Source of the DNA: Chara braunii
Lineage: Eukaryota > Plantae > Charophyceae
Assembly (NCBI GenBank): GCA_003427395.1
Contig: BFEA01000002.1
Span: 7,722,861-7,785,713 of the forward strand
Direction: 5' to 3'
Length of the DNA stretch: 62,853 nt
Shown: positions 11,585 to 24,149 of the stretch, piece by piece
Position numbering within the stretch: position 1 is the stretch's first letter
Layout of the letters: the number at the start of each line of letters is the position of its first letter
Program-made: the position numbers and the translations under genes
The notes under the pieces: model-generated
Seen by the model: only the letters and a program-made list of their open reading frames with translations
Database searches by the model: none
What the model was told of the DNA's origin: nothing

Positions 11585-13150
11585 AGTTTATGAACTAATA
11601 AGATGTCTCGGTACCACAGCTTCCAAGTCTCTTTCTTTCGCCGAACCTGCACGTTGGCTGTGAGCTGAGCAGCTGCAGGTCGACTCGCCGATCCCATCTG
11701 CTGAGCTGGCCATTCGGTGAACGTTCCACTGAATCTGTGTACTGTTTTGTGTACATATGGCTGCCTTTTTTTTTTACCCCTCTCTCTTATTTTGTTGTTT
11801 TTTTCCTTTTTTTTTGTTTCCTTTTTAGTAGTCTTACAACTTTTACTATAGTTTTTTCCTCCTCTCTGGGCTATGGGTATGATTACAGACAGATTGAGTA
11901 TGCTTGCAGGAAGAAATGTATTAGCATTTTTTACAAAAAAAAAAAAAAAAGCGATCCACTGAGCTCTGCAAGTGTCAGAAGTACGGCGCCATGGGAGAGT
12001 CCCATGTTTTTTTTTTTTGTTTTTTTTTTTTTCCGTAAGTAAGCATGGAAGCCATTTGGATACACAAAGGAACTCTCCACAAGTTTTAACGGGGACCCCC
12101 AGTTTTGAGCTCCTGAGTACCAAATTTTATGGCTTTTTTTTGTTTTGTTTTTTTTTTCCCAATTTTTTGCCTGTTTTTATTTCGGTTTAAGGTTTTGCTG
12201 TGTCGCAAATTTGGAATCTATCCTTCGGGCCATTGGAATTAGGGTTTGGGCCCCGTGCTGTGTCGCAAATTTGGAATCTATCCTTCGGGCCACATCTATC
12301 CCTCGGGCCATTGGAATTAGGGTTTGGGCCCTTGCGGGCGTCAAATTTTATGGCTTTTTTTTTTGTTTTTTTTTTTCAATTTTTTCCCTGTTCTTATTTT
12401 GGTTAAGGTTTTGCTGTGTGGCCATTGGAATTTCAGCTGATGAGATTTCTGAAAGTTCTCAAGATTTCGGAAATCGGAATGTTGGCGAAATTTCATGGAA
12501 GTGCCACTTTTGCCTTGCTCTCCACTCTACAAATTGGTGGTAAATTTGGTTAAAACGACCCTTGGGTTTTGAAAAAAAAAAAGAAAGACCCTTGGGTTTA
12601 ATTGTTATAAATGGCATGACAAATTGTCTGAAAATGGAGGCCTCTGTTAACCGCCTCTCGGCTACGATGGAAGGCCTAAGTTGAGATGCCAATGGTCCAT
12701 CTGAGCGTCGCTTTTCACAATGCAGTTTTCCGCCGCACTTCAAAAGAAGTCAACCCCCTCCAGCACGAAATTCAGTCTTTTTGCCTCGTGCTGACCGTCT
12801 CGTTATTCCTTTCTTCTGGTAGGCCTGACCCTCGATTTTGCAGCGGGTTAACCGCCGCATCGGAACAAAATATAGCTGTGAAACGGACCCCTGGTTTAAG
12901 ATTTTCCTTACCCCAGAATCGATCTCGTCGTCGAGCAAGATACGCCCGGAGCCGGTGGGGAAGGGGCCTTGCAGCAAGAGACACCCAGAGCGGGGGGAGG
13001 GGGACGCCACTCGTGGTTAATGGGTGGTGCTATTTTTTTTTTTTTAGGTGAAATTTTCACCGAAACTATCATATTTCCCTGAATTTTTGCTTTTTTCTTG
13101 TTTTTTTTTTTTGTCATGCCACCTGTGTGACTTACTGTATAGTGCAATCA

Positions 13151-13277
13151 GGGCATACTCACACTAGCACTTTCGCTAACGTATCTGATCGCAATAACGG
13201 CCGGAGTGGGACGAATCTGGCCGCAATGACGTCCAGAGACGAGTGGGAAAAAAAAGGTTCCAAGTGTGAGTATGCTC
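13151..13277. mobile_element. PIF/Harbinger-like MITE
   Basis: tca|gggcatactcacact...agtgtgagtatgctc|tca; TCA TSD. Confidence 0.85.
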
Positions 13278-13858
13278 TCAACCAATCAACTTTCTGACAG
13301 TCGTCTGTCGACACCAAGGACTGACGGAATTTCATTCTGACATTGAGATCGCGTGAAGATCGCTGCCATCGGTGATGATGTGTGGAGCGGAGCAGCGGGA
13401 GCGGGTGTGCAGAATCCATACATCTCCCTGAATTATTGTGGAAAAAAGGAAAGTGGCTGACTTCACAAAGGGGGTGGGATGGTGGGGGGGGGGTAGGTTG
13501 CGTAGGTGGGGGGGAGATGGTATGAAGGCAGGGACTGAGAAGGGAGGAGAAGTTGGGTAAAGGGGACATGGAACTGTGAAATGACGATGGGGTGAAGCAG
13601 CAGGAGGGCACCAAAGGGAGATCATGGGGGACGGGTGAAATCAGGAAATAAAATCGAGATGCGGGATGCGAGGAGGAAAAAGAGAAGAAAAAGCAGAAAA
13701 AAAAAGCCACAGGGGCATTGCTCCTTTCCATTCTTGTTCTCAGTACAGTCCCCTTTTCTGGTTGTTTCTCTGTCCCAGACCAAAGAGGNNNNNNNNNNNN
13801 NNNNNNNNNNNNNNNNNNNNNNNNNNNNNNNNNNNNNNNNNNNNNNNNNNNNNNNNNN

Positions 13859-13917
<59 letters not shown>

Positions 13918-15179
13918 TTGTGTCACATACATACAAATGGGACAGATGTACACGCAGATAAGGAACGGAAGAGGAAGCGAGGATGGACAGAAGCCATTGA
14001 GCTGTCGCTTTTTATTGGCTTTTCTTTCTTCATCTTTTCTTGTCTTCTAACCTCTCAGCAAGAGATGTGCTGTTTCAAGATGCGCTGGCCCAAAGCGGGA
14101 AGGGCACAGGAGAAGGCACAGATGGTTGCCAGAGGAAATGCGAGCGAGCCTGATGGGTGGATGGGTGAGAGAGTAGCCTTCGCGCGACCAACTGTTGATA
14201 TACAACAAGCAGCGAAGGTTGGAGCTGGAGGAAACATAACGTAACCTTCTCTCCTCTATGGAAACGTAAGAGGTCAAAACGGTGAAGGCATAAATTACAA
14301 GGGCAATGGGGTAAATTGCAGTTGATATGAAGGGGGATGTTCCAGCAAATGTTTTACGCTTCCCAGCTACACAACAAGCAAAGGTAGAAATTGCTCGGGG
14401 TGCGAACGAAACTTGTTGGACGGGTCTGAAGGGCGAAAGGGTAAATTGCAAAAGAACATGGGGGCAGGAGAATGATCTTTTATTTCCGAACGGAGGACGA
14501 AAGGTTGAAGAAAGGTTGAAACCACCGGGTTCTTTCATGGGCGACGCCGAGGAGCAAAAGATTTAACCCTCCGGGTTCTTCGGAGTCTCGGCGCTACCGG
14601 GGCCAAATGGCTGGCAGCGCCATCCAAAAGAAGACAAAAGACAAAAGGGCCAGGCTGGCACTTCCGCAGAGGTTGGCGCGCAGTTCTTTTCCACCTCAGT
14701 GAAAAGACGCTTGGAGGGGTAGGGGTCTCGCTTAAACCAAGTGGATTGGGGGGAACGATAAGGCATTCAAAGTTTGTCCGATACACAAGAGGACAAGCCA
14801 CGCACGGAAAAGTTAATTAGCTGGAAGCGGACGATGATGTGCCGAGTCACCTACTCGTTTTGCAATTTGTGAGTGCATGTGGGCTGGAACGGAGCCATGT
14901 GCAGTCAGTGACCTTTACTGGTAAACAGCCAGTGCTTGCTTATCATTGCTGAGTAACCCACAATTTCTGTAATTTGCGAGTGCATGTGGCTGGAAATGGA
15001 GCCATGTGCGGCCGGTGCCCGTTACTGAGGGGCGACCAGTGCGTCCTCATCCGCATGGCTCCCTCCTCGGTAAAGGGGTAAGTACCTCTGTAAAGGGGTA
15101 CAGGCAAATCTTCAATTCCTGTGGTTCTCTTCCCACCACCGGGATGGGGTCCTTGTGGAAGGGCTTTCAGTTTTTTTTT

Positions 15180-15261
<82 letters not shown>

Positions 15262-15785
15262 GTCCCATGCCACGTGGCAAAAAAAAAAAGGAAAAAAAAA
15301 AGGATAACAGTGAACTGGAATGACTTTAGTGATTGACGGGACTCGAAGAAACCTGGGGACTACTATGCTCGTCACACTTTTTTTTTTTTTTTTTTTTTCA
15401 ACACATCCCCCCTGCAGTGCTAGTGGTGCTGACAGGAGCAGACACCACTAGCACCTGGGGAGAGCCTCCGTCTATTGGTGGGGAGCATCACCTGCTGGAA
15501 AACGGGTCCAGCGTCCCTTTACAAAATGAATACAGAATGAATTCAGGATGAATACTCGTCACACTGGGATTGTACTTTGATCAAAAAAAAAAAAAAAAAA
15601 AAAAAAAAACCACACTGGAATACTTCGATCAACTTTGATGTTTCAACATTCATCTGTTCCTTTTTCTTTTTTTTTCTTTTTTTTTTTGTTGCTGCCCCTG
15701 TTTTTCGCAAGTCGATTGAGCGAGTTCCAGTGTGACGAGGATCACTTCGGAAATCATTTGCGTAATTTTATATACGTCAGCTTAA

Positions 15786-15938
15786 ACCGGCAGTACTTCC
15801 TAAGGTCGTGTCCGTATACGAGCCGTGATTTTAGGAAACGTACGAGCCACTACAGGAGCGCCCAAATTCGTCCAGCTAGAAACGTTTCTACTCTATATTT
15901 TCCCGCAGCCAATAGCTGGGCCAAGTACTGGTGGTGGT
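15786..15938. mobile_element. TTAA-flanked MITE (Kolobok/piggyBac-like)
   Basis: ttaa|accggcagtactt...aagtactggtggtggt|ttaa. Confidence 0.6.
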
Positions 15939-15978
15939 TTAACTTCTCAGAATCCTTTGATGGAAATGACTATGGCTG

Positions 15979-16016
<38 letters not shown>

Positions 16017-16917
16017 TATGGCTGGAAAATTCGACTTCCCATGTCGTGCATTCAATCCCCTGCGGTCGCCTGTGACTTGCTTCGGGCTCACCACTGGAGA
16101 TGATTGGCTTGGGCCCTCCTGCCTGTTTGTGGAAGCAGAGAGGATGCTTTCCAGTTCGTGCGAGGTGTTAGGACCTGGGGTACTTCTCCCCGCATAGAGT
16201 AGATTTAGCAGAATGTAAATTTAATCCAGAGGCCAGTGCCAACCCGTTTACTTGTCAGGGCCACCCGACTGTTGTGCGTGGAAAGGTTTCGAGGAAAAAA
16301 AAAGTGACGGGACTGGGTAGGTAGCAATTGTGAGATAGCCACGAAATTGTGAGATAGCGACGATATGGAGAGAAGAAAAAAATTGGGTTGTAACTTGTAA
16401 CTTGTAAGATACAGCTTGTACCCCGACAAGGGGAAGACAGCTGTACTTCAATTATAAAAGAAAAAGAAAAGAGGAGGGTTGCAATGTAAGGAACGCGAGA
16501 GTGAGTGTATCGCCGGTTATGCTGTGCGGCCTGCTTCAACATACAGGAAAACTAAAAATGAATGGAACGCACGAATAGACTGGAGCAATTGTTAAAAAAA
16601 GGAAGAAAAAAACAGTAAAAGAGGAACGGGAGAGTGAGCGTGTGGTGGGTGCTGCTGCGCTGCCTGCTTCATCGCAGAGGAAAACATGGATCTTAAACAG
16701 AAAAAGAAAAACAAAAGACGTACGGTCAACATCGCTGCATCTAGTCTGAAAGATGCTCCAAATACAGAGCTAAAATGACCCTACGACAGTGTACGTCGTA
16801 TTGGGGTTAAGATGGTAGCCCCCAGGAACCTCCCACTGAAAGGTGTCAGGGGAAAGGAGTGGTTGGGTGAGAGACAAAACACTTGTAGTTTTTTTTCGTA
16901 GTAATCAGAGATAACCC

Positions 16918-17078
16918 ACCACCAGTACCTTTCCTGTATGTTGGCCGGGGGCACTGCGCGCCGGTCCGTAAATCAAGACCGGCTGCCGATTCGATTTATC
17001 GCCGGCTGCCCTTCCTTTTCAGGCCAGCGCATTGCCAGGTGTGTCTCTGAAAAAACAGCTGGGAAAGGTACTGGTGGT
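16918..17078. mobile_element. TTAA-family MITE, paralog of 23617-23775
   Basis: TIR accaccagtacctttcc / ggaaaggtactggtggt; internal sequence homologous to the 23.6-kb copy. Confidence 0.8.
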
Positions 17079-17489
17079 CTTAAGCACACTGCAAAGCAGC
17101 TTGGAACCCAGTGGTGGATGCATCTGCGTCGACAATGGAATGGCGACTTCCAGTGACGTCATAAGGAAGGAGCAATGTGGCCGATGTACGGTGTAAACAT
17201 GGAAGGCAGACGTTTTTAAGTCGAACGAATTATGGACAGGGCCAATGAGAATGGCAGCGGAAGCGGACGTACGGAGGAGACACATAAATGAGCGAAGTCG
17301 TGGGGGCCTGGTTACGATGTCTTGGAGCTTACTCCCGGTCGACGTATCTGACGGGCATTGTGGATTTTCATGCATGCATGCATGCATTGGAGCGCAGTTA
17401 CATCCAGAGAAGAAACGCATGCATCTGACCGCAGTAAGGTCCCGAGAAGAGTCAAAACAGTCCGTGGGCACAGGGAAATGGAAGTGACA

Positions 17490-17770
17490 ATAACCAAGAC
17501 GGTCAGCAGGGTAACAACAAAGACGGTCAGCAGGTCAGCAGAGGTAACAACAAAGACGGTCAGCAGGTCAGCAGGGGTAACAACAAAGACGGTCAGCAGG
17601 GGTAACAACAAAGACGGTCAGCAGGGGTAACAACGAAGACGGTCAGCAGGTCAGCAGGGGTAACAACGAAGACGGTCAGCAGGTCAGCAGGGGTAACAAC
17701 GAAGATGGTCAGCAGGTCCGCAGGGGTAACAACAAAGACGGTCAGCAGGGGTACGGTCAGCAGGGGTAAG
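17490..17770. repeat. ~30-bp minisatellite (ggtcagcaggggtaacaacaaagacggtca) next to a gap
   Basis: Direct tandem units. Confidence 0.9.
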
Positions 17771-18779
17771 GCAAGCTGCACAGTATACAAGNNNNNNNNN
17801 NNNNNNNNNNNNNNNNNNNNNNNNNNNNNNNNNNNNNNNNNNNNNNNNNNNNNNNNNNNNNNNNNNNNNNNNNNNNNNNNNNNNNNNNNNNNNNNNNNNN
17901 NNNNNNNNNNNNNNNNNNNNNNNNNNNNNNNNNNNNNNNNNNNNNNNNNNNNNNNNNNNNNNNNNNNNNNNNNNNNNNNNNNNNNNNNNNNNNNNNNNNN
18001 NNNNNNNNNNNNNNNNNNNNNNNNNNNNNNNNNNNNNNNNNNNNNNNNNNNNNNNNNNNNNNNNNNNNNNNNNNNNNNNNNNNNNNNNNNNNNNNNNNNN
18101 NNNNNNNNNNNNNNNNNNNNNNNNNNNNNNNNNNNNNNNNNNNNNNNNNNNNNNNNNNNNNNNNNNNNNNNNNNNNNNNNNNNNNNNNNNNNNNNNNNNN
18201 NNNNNNNNNNNNNNNNNNNNNNNNNNNNNNNNNNNNNNNNNNNNNNNNNNNNNNNNNNNNNNNNNNNNNNNNNNNNNNNNNNNNNNNNNNNNNNNNNNNN
18301 NNNNNNNNNNNNNNNNNNNNNNNNNNNNNNNNNNNNNNNNNNNNNNNNNNNNNNNNNNNNNNNNNNNNNNNNNNNNNNNNNNNNNNNNNNNNNNNNNNNN
18401 NNNNNNNNNNNNNNNNNNNNNNNNNNNNNNNNNNNNNNNNNNNNNNNNNNNNNNNNNNNNNNNNNNNNNNNNNNNNNNNNNNNNNNNNNNNNNNNNNNNN
18501 NNNNNNNNNNNNNNNNNNNNNNNNNNNNNNNNNNNNNNNNNNNNNNNNNNNNNNNNNNNNNNNNNNNNNNNNNNNNNNNNNNNNNNNNNNNNNNNNNNNN
18601 NNNNNNNNNNNNNNNNNNNNNNNNNNNNNNNNNNNNNNNNNNNNNNNNNNNNNNNNNNNNNNNNNNNNNNNNNNNNNNNNNNNNNNNNNNNNNNNNNNNN
18701 NNNNNNNNNNNNNNNNNNNNNNNNNNNNNNNNNNNNNNNNNNNNNNNNNNNNNNNNNNNNNNNNNNNNNNNNNNNNNNN

Positions 18780-18827
<48 letters not shown>

Positions 18828-18997
18828 CAGCCACTTGGTTTGATGGTGGTATCTCAATGTGCTCACCCTTTTTTTTTGGAAAAAAAAAGGAAAATCCCAG
18901 GAACGATGGCACAAATGGAGAGAGAAGTGCATGAGTGCTGAATAGGGAGATCTGCACAAGTGCAGGCACAGGCACAGACTGTAGCACAGGAGACTTA

Positions 18998-20715
18998 GGG
19001 CGTCGTTAGATACTCCTTATGAGTTCCTTCAGCCACAAGGAATTTTCCTTGTGGCTCGTAAGGGAATTTGGCGGTGTCGTTCCACTCATCCTTGGGGACA
19101 TCCCCCGAGGATGTTTCCTTGTGGCCTGCCCGCGGCCATTTTCATATGAAGATATGCAGCCGCGGGCGGGGGTGTCTGTGGTCCAGCCTCCGGTGTCTGT
19201 GTGGAGACGGCGTGGTCCAGCGACGTCCGGCGGAAAAGAGCATGAGGCAGGCCAGGAAAAATAAAATAAGAAAGGGGGACCTCTACCTTTGAAATTCGAA
19301 ATTTGAAGTACAGCTGTGGTGACGACGAAGACGTTTGGCTTGCAGCACGCAGACGGTGCAGGGCTGAACCGGCCTTAGCGGCGGCATCCTTTCCACCAAC
19401 CTCCCAGTCAGTGTACGTGCGCGCACCGGGTGCGTTCATCACCGTCGAGTTTCTCCTCCACATCGTCCACGCCGTCACACACTGTTCCGCCAGGGGGACG
19501 ACATCCACGGAAAGGCGGCAGCTTCTCGGACCTCTCCTCGGGGGGTGAGCGGGTTACATCTTTGGGGTACGAGGATTGAGATGGCAGCAGAGAGACGTCA
19601 TCCCTGTGGAGGTTGTGGCGATGGAGGGCGGCGGAGAGGGCAGACGTGCGCTGTTGACACCGCTTGAGAGGGAAGCCGTGGCGGCAGCCGTGTCAACCAT
19701 TATTCTTCGTTGTCAGCAGGAGAGGGCGCTGGGACCAATGAAGGAGCAGTTGCGCGCGCGTAGAAGAAGGACGCTGATGCAAGCTGCGGATGACGGCCCC
19801 GACTTTGTGGCAGCTTCGGAGGCTGTCATTGAGCTGTGATACACGTTGGGTTGCGGCGTCACTCCACGAGCGACACCAAGGTGGTGGATCAAATGCAGGA
19901 CGGGGGGGACGTGGGAAGACCTTCGACAATGCGACGATGCCACAGATGGCTACTTGGAGAAGCAGCATAGCGGCGAAGAGCAGCAGAGGGACCACCAGAA
20001 GCAGCACAGCGATGAGGAGCAGCAGAGGGAGCCTGCGGTACAGGTCGGCCATGAACTGCACGGTGGAGAGGGCAGCAATGAGCACACAGTGGCGGAGAAG
20101 GCAAGAGTCTTATTGGACGTGCAACATGTGATGATATGCATGGTAATATGACGCTTGTGAAGAAACCTCTTCTGTGGATGGACTGAAGGCGCCGTTGGGA
20201 AAAAAGAAAATTTTTCCGACTGTTGATGCCAGCCGAAAACGCCGCCGCCGCCCGATGGAGGCCCACCGCCAACAGTAGCTGTTTGGGGGCGTTGGGAGAC
20301 TACGCATACGTTCCTCGAGCGTGCGAGACTGCATGATGCCGGTTGAAAATGACGACGCCACCCAATGGAGGCCCACCGCCAACAGTAGCCGTTGGGGTCG
20401 TTGGGGGACTACGCAAACGTTGGAGGGCGGGGATGTCCGTGTTAACGCCGCTGGACCACATCTGGACCACCCAAGAACCAAAACCGTCCGTCGACACATG
20501 TCTTTGCCACTCCGTGAATCACGGTTCCTTGAGCTCCCAAGGGACCTCACGAGGTCCCTTGGAGCTAAGGAAATTTTGGCTGGGGCCACAAGGATGCCAC
20601 AAGGAATTTTCTTTGTGGCGTTTTCACATTTCTTTTTCAATTTCGTCCCCAAGGACAGGTGGAACGAAAGCGTCCTCGTGGATTTCACGTCCCCGAGGAG
20701 TGTCTAACGACACCC
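18998..20715 (+). mobile_element. Internally deleted PIF/Harbinger DNA transposon with a remnant of a transposase N-terminus
   Basis: TIRs gggcgtcgttagatactcct / aggagtgtctaacgacaccc; flanks TTA/TTG; palindromic subterminal gccacaaggaatttt(c)(c/t)ttgtggc at both ends; broken ORF ~19620-19960 with PRWWIKCRTGGTWEDLRQCD resembling the PIF transposase N-terminal W-rich motif. Confidence 0.7.
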
Positions 20716-23449
20716 TTGGACAGTGTGTTCGAATTGATCTGCCAGTCACAGGCAGACCAACCACAAGCAAAGGAAGTTGCGAATGAGGAGAGTGTGCAAA
20801 CTAGGCGGGTTTCTAGGCCGTTTTTGTATCTGGTGTTTTAGTAGCCTTTGACTGGATACCTTAACCACTGCCAGTATTTACTCTTAGGTGCCCACGTAGT
20901 GGTGGATGCCACAATATCTCTTCGATATCAACGTCTTCAGATAAGGACAGGAGCGCGGAGGTTAGGCAGCAAAGTAGTATTGTTGATTTAAACCACCAGT
21001 ACACTCGCACCTAAAATCCCGAACCTACCTGCCCACTGCTCGCCGCTATTTTCCGAGCCTTCTGCTTGCGGGAACCTGCAGTGGGAATTTCGGAAGTGGC
21101 ACTGGTGCCGACGGTCTACCTGAAGGGGGAGGAAAAAGAAAAGAAAGGAACAAACAAGCCAGAGATCAATGATGTCGTGGAAGGACGTCATGGAGGGCAT
21201 ATTCAAGTGATCACTTTCCAGAATGCATCTGACCACTATACAGGGAGAGGGAAACTTTGCTGTTTTTTCTTTTTTTCTCCTTTTGTTCTTTTCGTTCTTT
21301 CCCTGCCAGCAAGGCAGCGCATAGACCTCGTGCTCAAAACGCCCTCGCTGAGGGCATACTCACACTAGCGCCGTTGAAATGAATCCAACCACTTTCACGG
21401 CCAAAGCTTTGTTGGCTTTTTGTTTTTTTGTTCTTTTTTCTGTCTGACAGTCGTGCTCCCCGTGTTCTTTGTTCTGCCAAAGTGCCCACACTGAGGGCAG
21501 ACTCACAGGGAGTTTTTGTTGGCTTTTTGTTTTTTTGTTCTTTTTTCTGTCTGACAGTCGTGCTCCCCGTGTTCTTTGTTCTGCCGAAGTGCCCACACTG
21601 AGGGCAGACTCACAGGGAGTACTCCAAAAAGTGTATCCAACTGCAATCACGGACAAAACTTTATTTGTTTTTTGGGACGTGCGGATTTGACATGGGCCCA
21701 AAAATTTTAAATCCTTCTGACGCTCCGGCCCTGCCCCGAGGCCGCCTTTTACTTCTTGTGGCGACAAGTTATTTTGCTGCAAGGCTGAGGCCGTGTACTG
21801 GTGCCTTAACTCAGTTAATAGATACGGGCTCCTTCAGGTGGAGCCTCTCCCCAGGTGCTAGAGGTGTCTGCTCTTACCAGCACCACTAGCACTGGAGGAG
21901 GCGTTTTCCTAAAGAAAAGAAAAAGAAAAGGAAAAACAAAAAAGAAGAAGATACGGGCTCCTTCGCCCTATCTATATAGAGAGAGACTCGGGCACCCAGG
22001 TTGTGCCCGGATACACGCCCAGGTGCCCGGCCGGGCATGACCCCCAGGCAGGCTCCCGGGTAGCCCCAGAGCGGAACAGGAAAAAAAAAATGGGAAAAAG
22101 ATACGTGGTGTAGAAGTGCAACAGAAACAACTTTTGGCTGAGGGTCACATCAGAATTTCCATGCAACTGAAGATTAAAAAAAAATAACCGAACCACTCTA
22201 AGGCACCCCCCTTTAAGCCGTTCAAAAAAAATATATATATCCTCCTCCCCCCCCCCCCCCCCCTTGACAGCCAGCACTCGATAAAAGAAAAGAGCCCGGA
22301 TTTGGGCTCATCTCGGAGAGCACGGAAAATCCCCACCGAAAAACATTTTTATTTTTTCAATTTTTTGTTTTTTTCCCCATGCCCGGGTATCCCGGGCGTC
22401 ATGCCTGGATGACCGGGCAGTCATGAAAATCTTTCTAGGCAGTTTTTTTTTTTTTTTTTCAAAAGGTTGTTGTAGAGATTGGAAGCCAGACAATGACAGC
22501 CACCATCTGTAGTCAGCCATTAGGTTATCCAGATGATCTACAAAGGGCCCCATTCCTTATGAGACACCCTCCTGGGCGTAATGCGAGTCGCGGAGAAGAA
22601 GCAAAGAGCCAGAAAGACATTTGGAGGGCTTCAACTCCCAACGCATGTGGGGGAGCCAAGAGTTATTGATGATGATGATGTCGTTGTTGTTTGGGAACCA
22701 ACAGTTTTTTCAGATTCTATATTCTTGAACCCTTTACTATTAGAGGTTGCTCTTACCTAGAGCATCTCCAGTCGCTGTCCTCAGCAGGCTCACGGCCACC
22801 ATCCGCTCCTCTTACTTCTGTCATCAACCGGGTCTTTAGTCATTCTTTGTCTGCCCCCAGAGTATCTCTAGTTTCCGTCCTCAGTGGGTTGATGGCCACA
22901 ATCTGCTTGCCCACCTCTATCATCAACTAGACCTACTCTGGACTCTTCTAGTCTTTACTCTGTTCTCCATGCAGGTAGCAGACCATCCTCACCCCTTGAG
23001 ACAGTCTCTAGGGCAGGTTCCCCAATGATATCCTGCCTCCAGTCCTGCCAATGGGACCCCTAAGACATCCTCTACTGCAGGTTCCCCACCAATATCCTCC
23101 AATGGAGTATTGTCCTACCCACCCTCCCCCCCAGCGGAGTCCCCAATTGAATCCCACCCGAAGCCTATGCCCCCCCAAAGCAGAGCCCTAAGGTGACCAC
23201 CACAACCCTTGTCTGCATCACCACAATTTTTGAATTTTTTCTTCGCATTGAAGACCGCAATCATCCAGACAACCCCATGGACCAAGGACGTCAGGCAAAC
23301 CTCTCATAGCCTAGAGCCAGCAAACAGCAACCATGCACTCCCTTGGGTGATGCCCAGGCAGTGTCTGTAATCCTTACCGTGCGTCAGCCCAAGGGGGGTG
23401 TGCAAATGTCTGTGCATGATGTAAACGCTTGCTGGTGTCCCTGCGCGTG

Positions 23450-23526
23450 GGTGCGGAGTTTTGAACCCGCAACCTCAAACCACAATGAGCATTTCCAATC
23501 GGTGCCCTAACCACTGAGCCACAGGC
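23450..23526 (-). mobile_element. tRNA-derived SINE head (degenerate)
   Basis: Reverse complement: A box TGGCTCAGTGGTTAG, B box GGTTCAAAAC; adjacent sequence (23200-23410) resembles 45120-45285. Confidence 0.55.
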
Positions 23527-23616
23527 TCTCTCAATTTCACCTTTCACTATCTACCTAGCACTACTCCTAAGCCTATACAGGGGACCCCTGCAAGCATAGC
23601 TACCTCTCACAATTAA

Positions 23617-23775
23617 ACCACCAGTACCTTTCCCACATGTCGGCCGCGGGCACTGCGCACTGGCCCGAAAATCGAGAGAGGCTGCCGATTCAATTTATCG
23701 GCAGCCGCCCCTCCATTTCAGGCCAGCGCATTACCGGCATGCCTCTGAAAAATAGCTGGGAAAGGTACTGGTGGT
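23617..23775. mobile_element. TTAA-flanked MITE
   Basis: ttaa|accaccagtacctttccca...tgggaaaggtactggtggt|ttaa; perfect TIR and TSD. Confidence 0.9.
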
Positions 23776-24076
23776 TTAAGGGGATGCATGTTGGCCCATG
23801 CCTAATCGGAGGTGGTCTGGGAGTAGGGTGGGCCCACCGGTGGGGGGGGGGTTGGTTAACGCAAAGACCGAGAATTTTGCCAGTAGCTGCTCCTCCCATC
23901 TACTTCTCTCCCCCCCCCCCATATCACTAACAACAGTATCTATCGCCAGCACTCTCCCACATACCACACACAAGCCACAAACACACAAACGCACACCCCC
24001 GGTGGCGAAAACCCTACCAATACAGAACGGGGGGAGCAAGCCAACTATCTTAGTCGGTTGGCACCAAAAGTGCAGC

Positions 24077-24149
24077 AGGTGGTCAGTGGGGATTGAACCC
24101 ACGACCTCCTGAATGCTGCTTGCGTGCCTAACCAACTGAGCTAGGCCAC
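24077..24149 (-). pseudogene. tRNA-like sequence (SINE head or tRNA pseudogene)
   Basis: Reverse complement GTGGCCTAGCTCAGTTGGTTAGG...GAGGTCGTGGGTTCAATCCCCACTGACCAC: A and B boxes and T-arm intact, anticodon stem does not pair. Confidence 0.65.

Noticed and set aside
14047-14800. Protein-coding exon(s)
   Set aside because: Short ORFs on both strands with no recognisable domain or convincing splice pattern
17593-18987. Long ORFs spanning N gaps (also 953-1901, 26853-28318, 58361-59651)
   Set aside because: Their length comes from N runs and simple repeats
24077-24149. Functional tRNA gene
   Set aside because: Anticodon stem unpaired and acceptor stem mismatched
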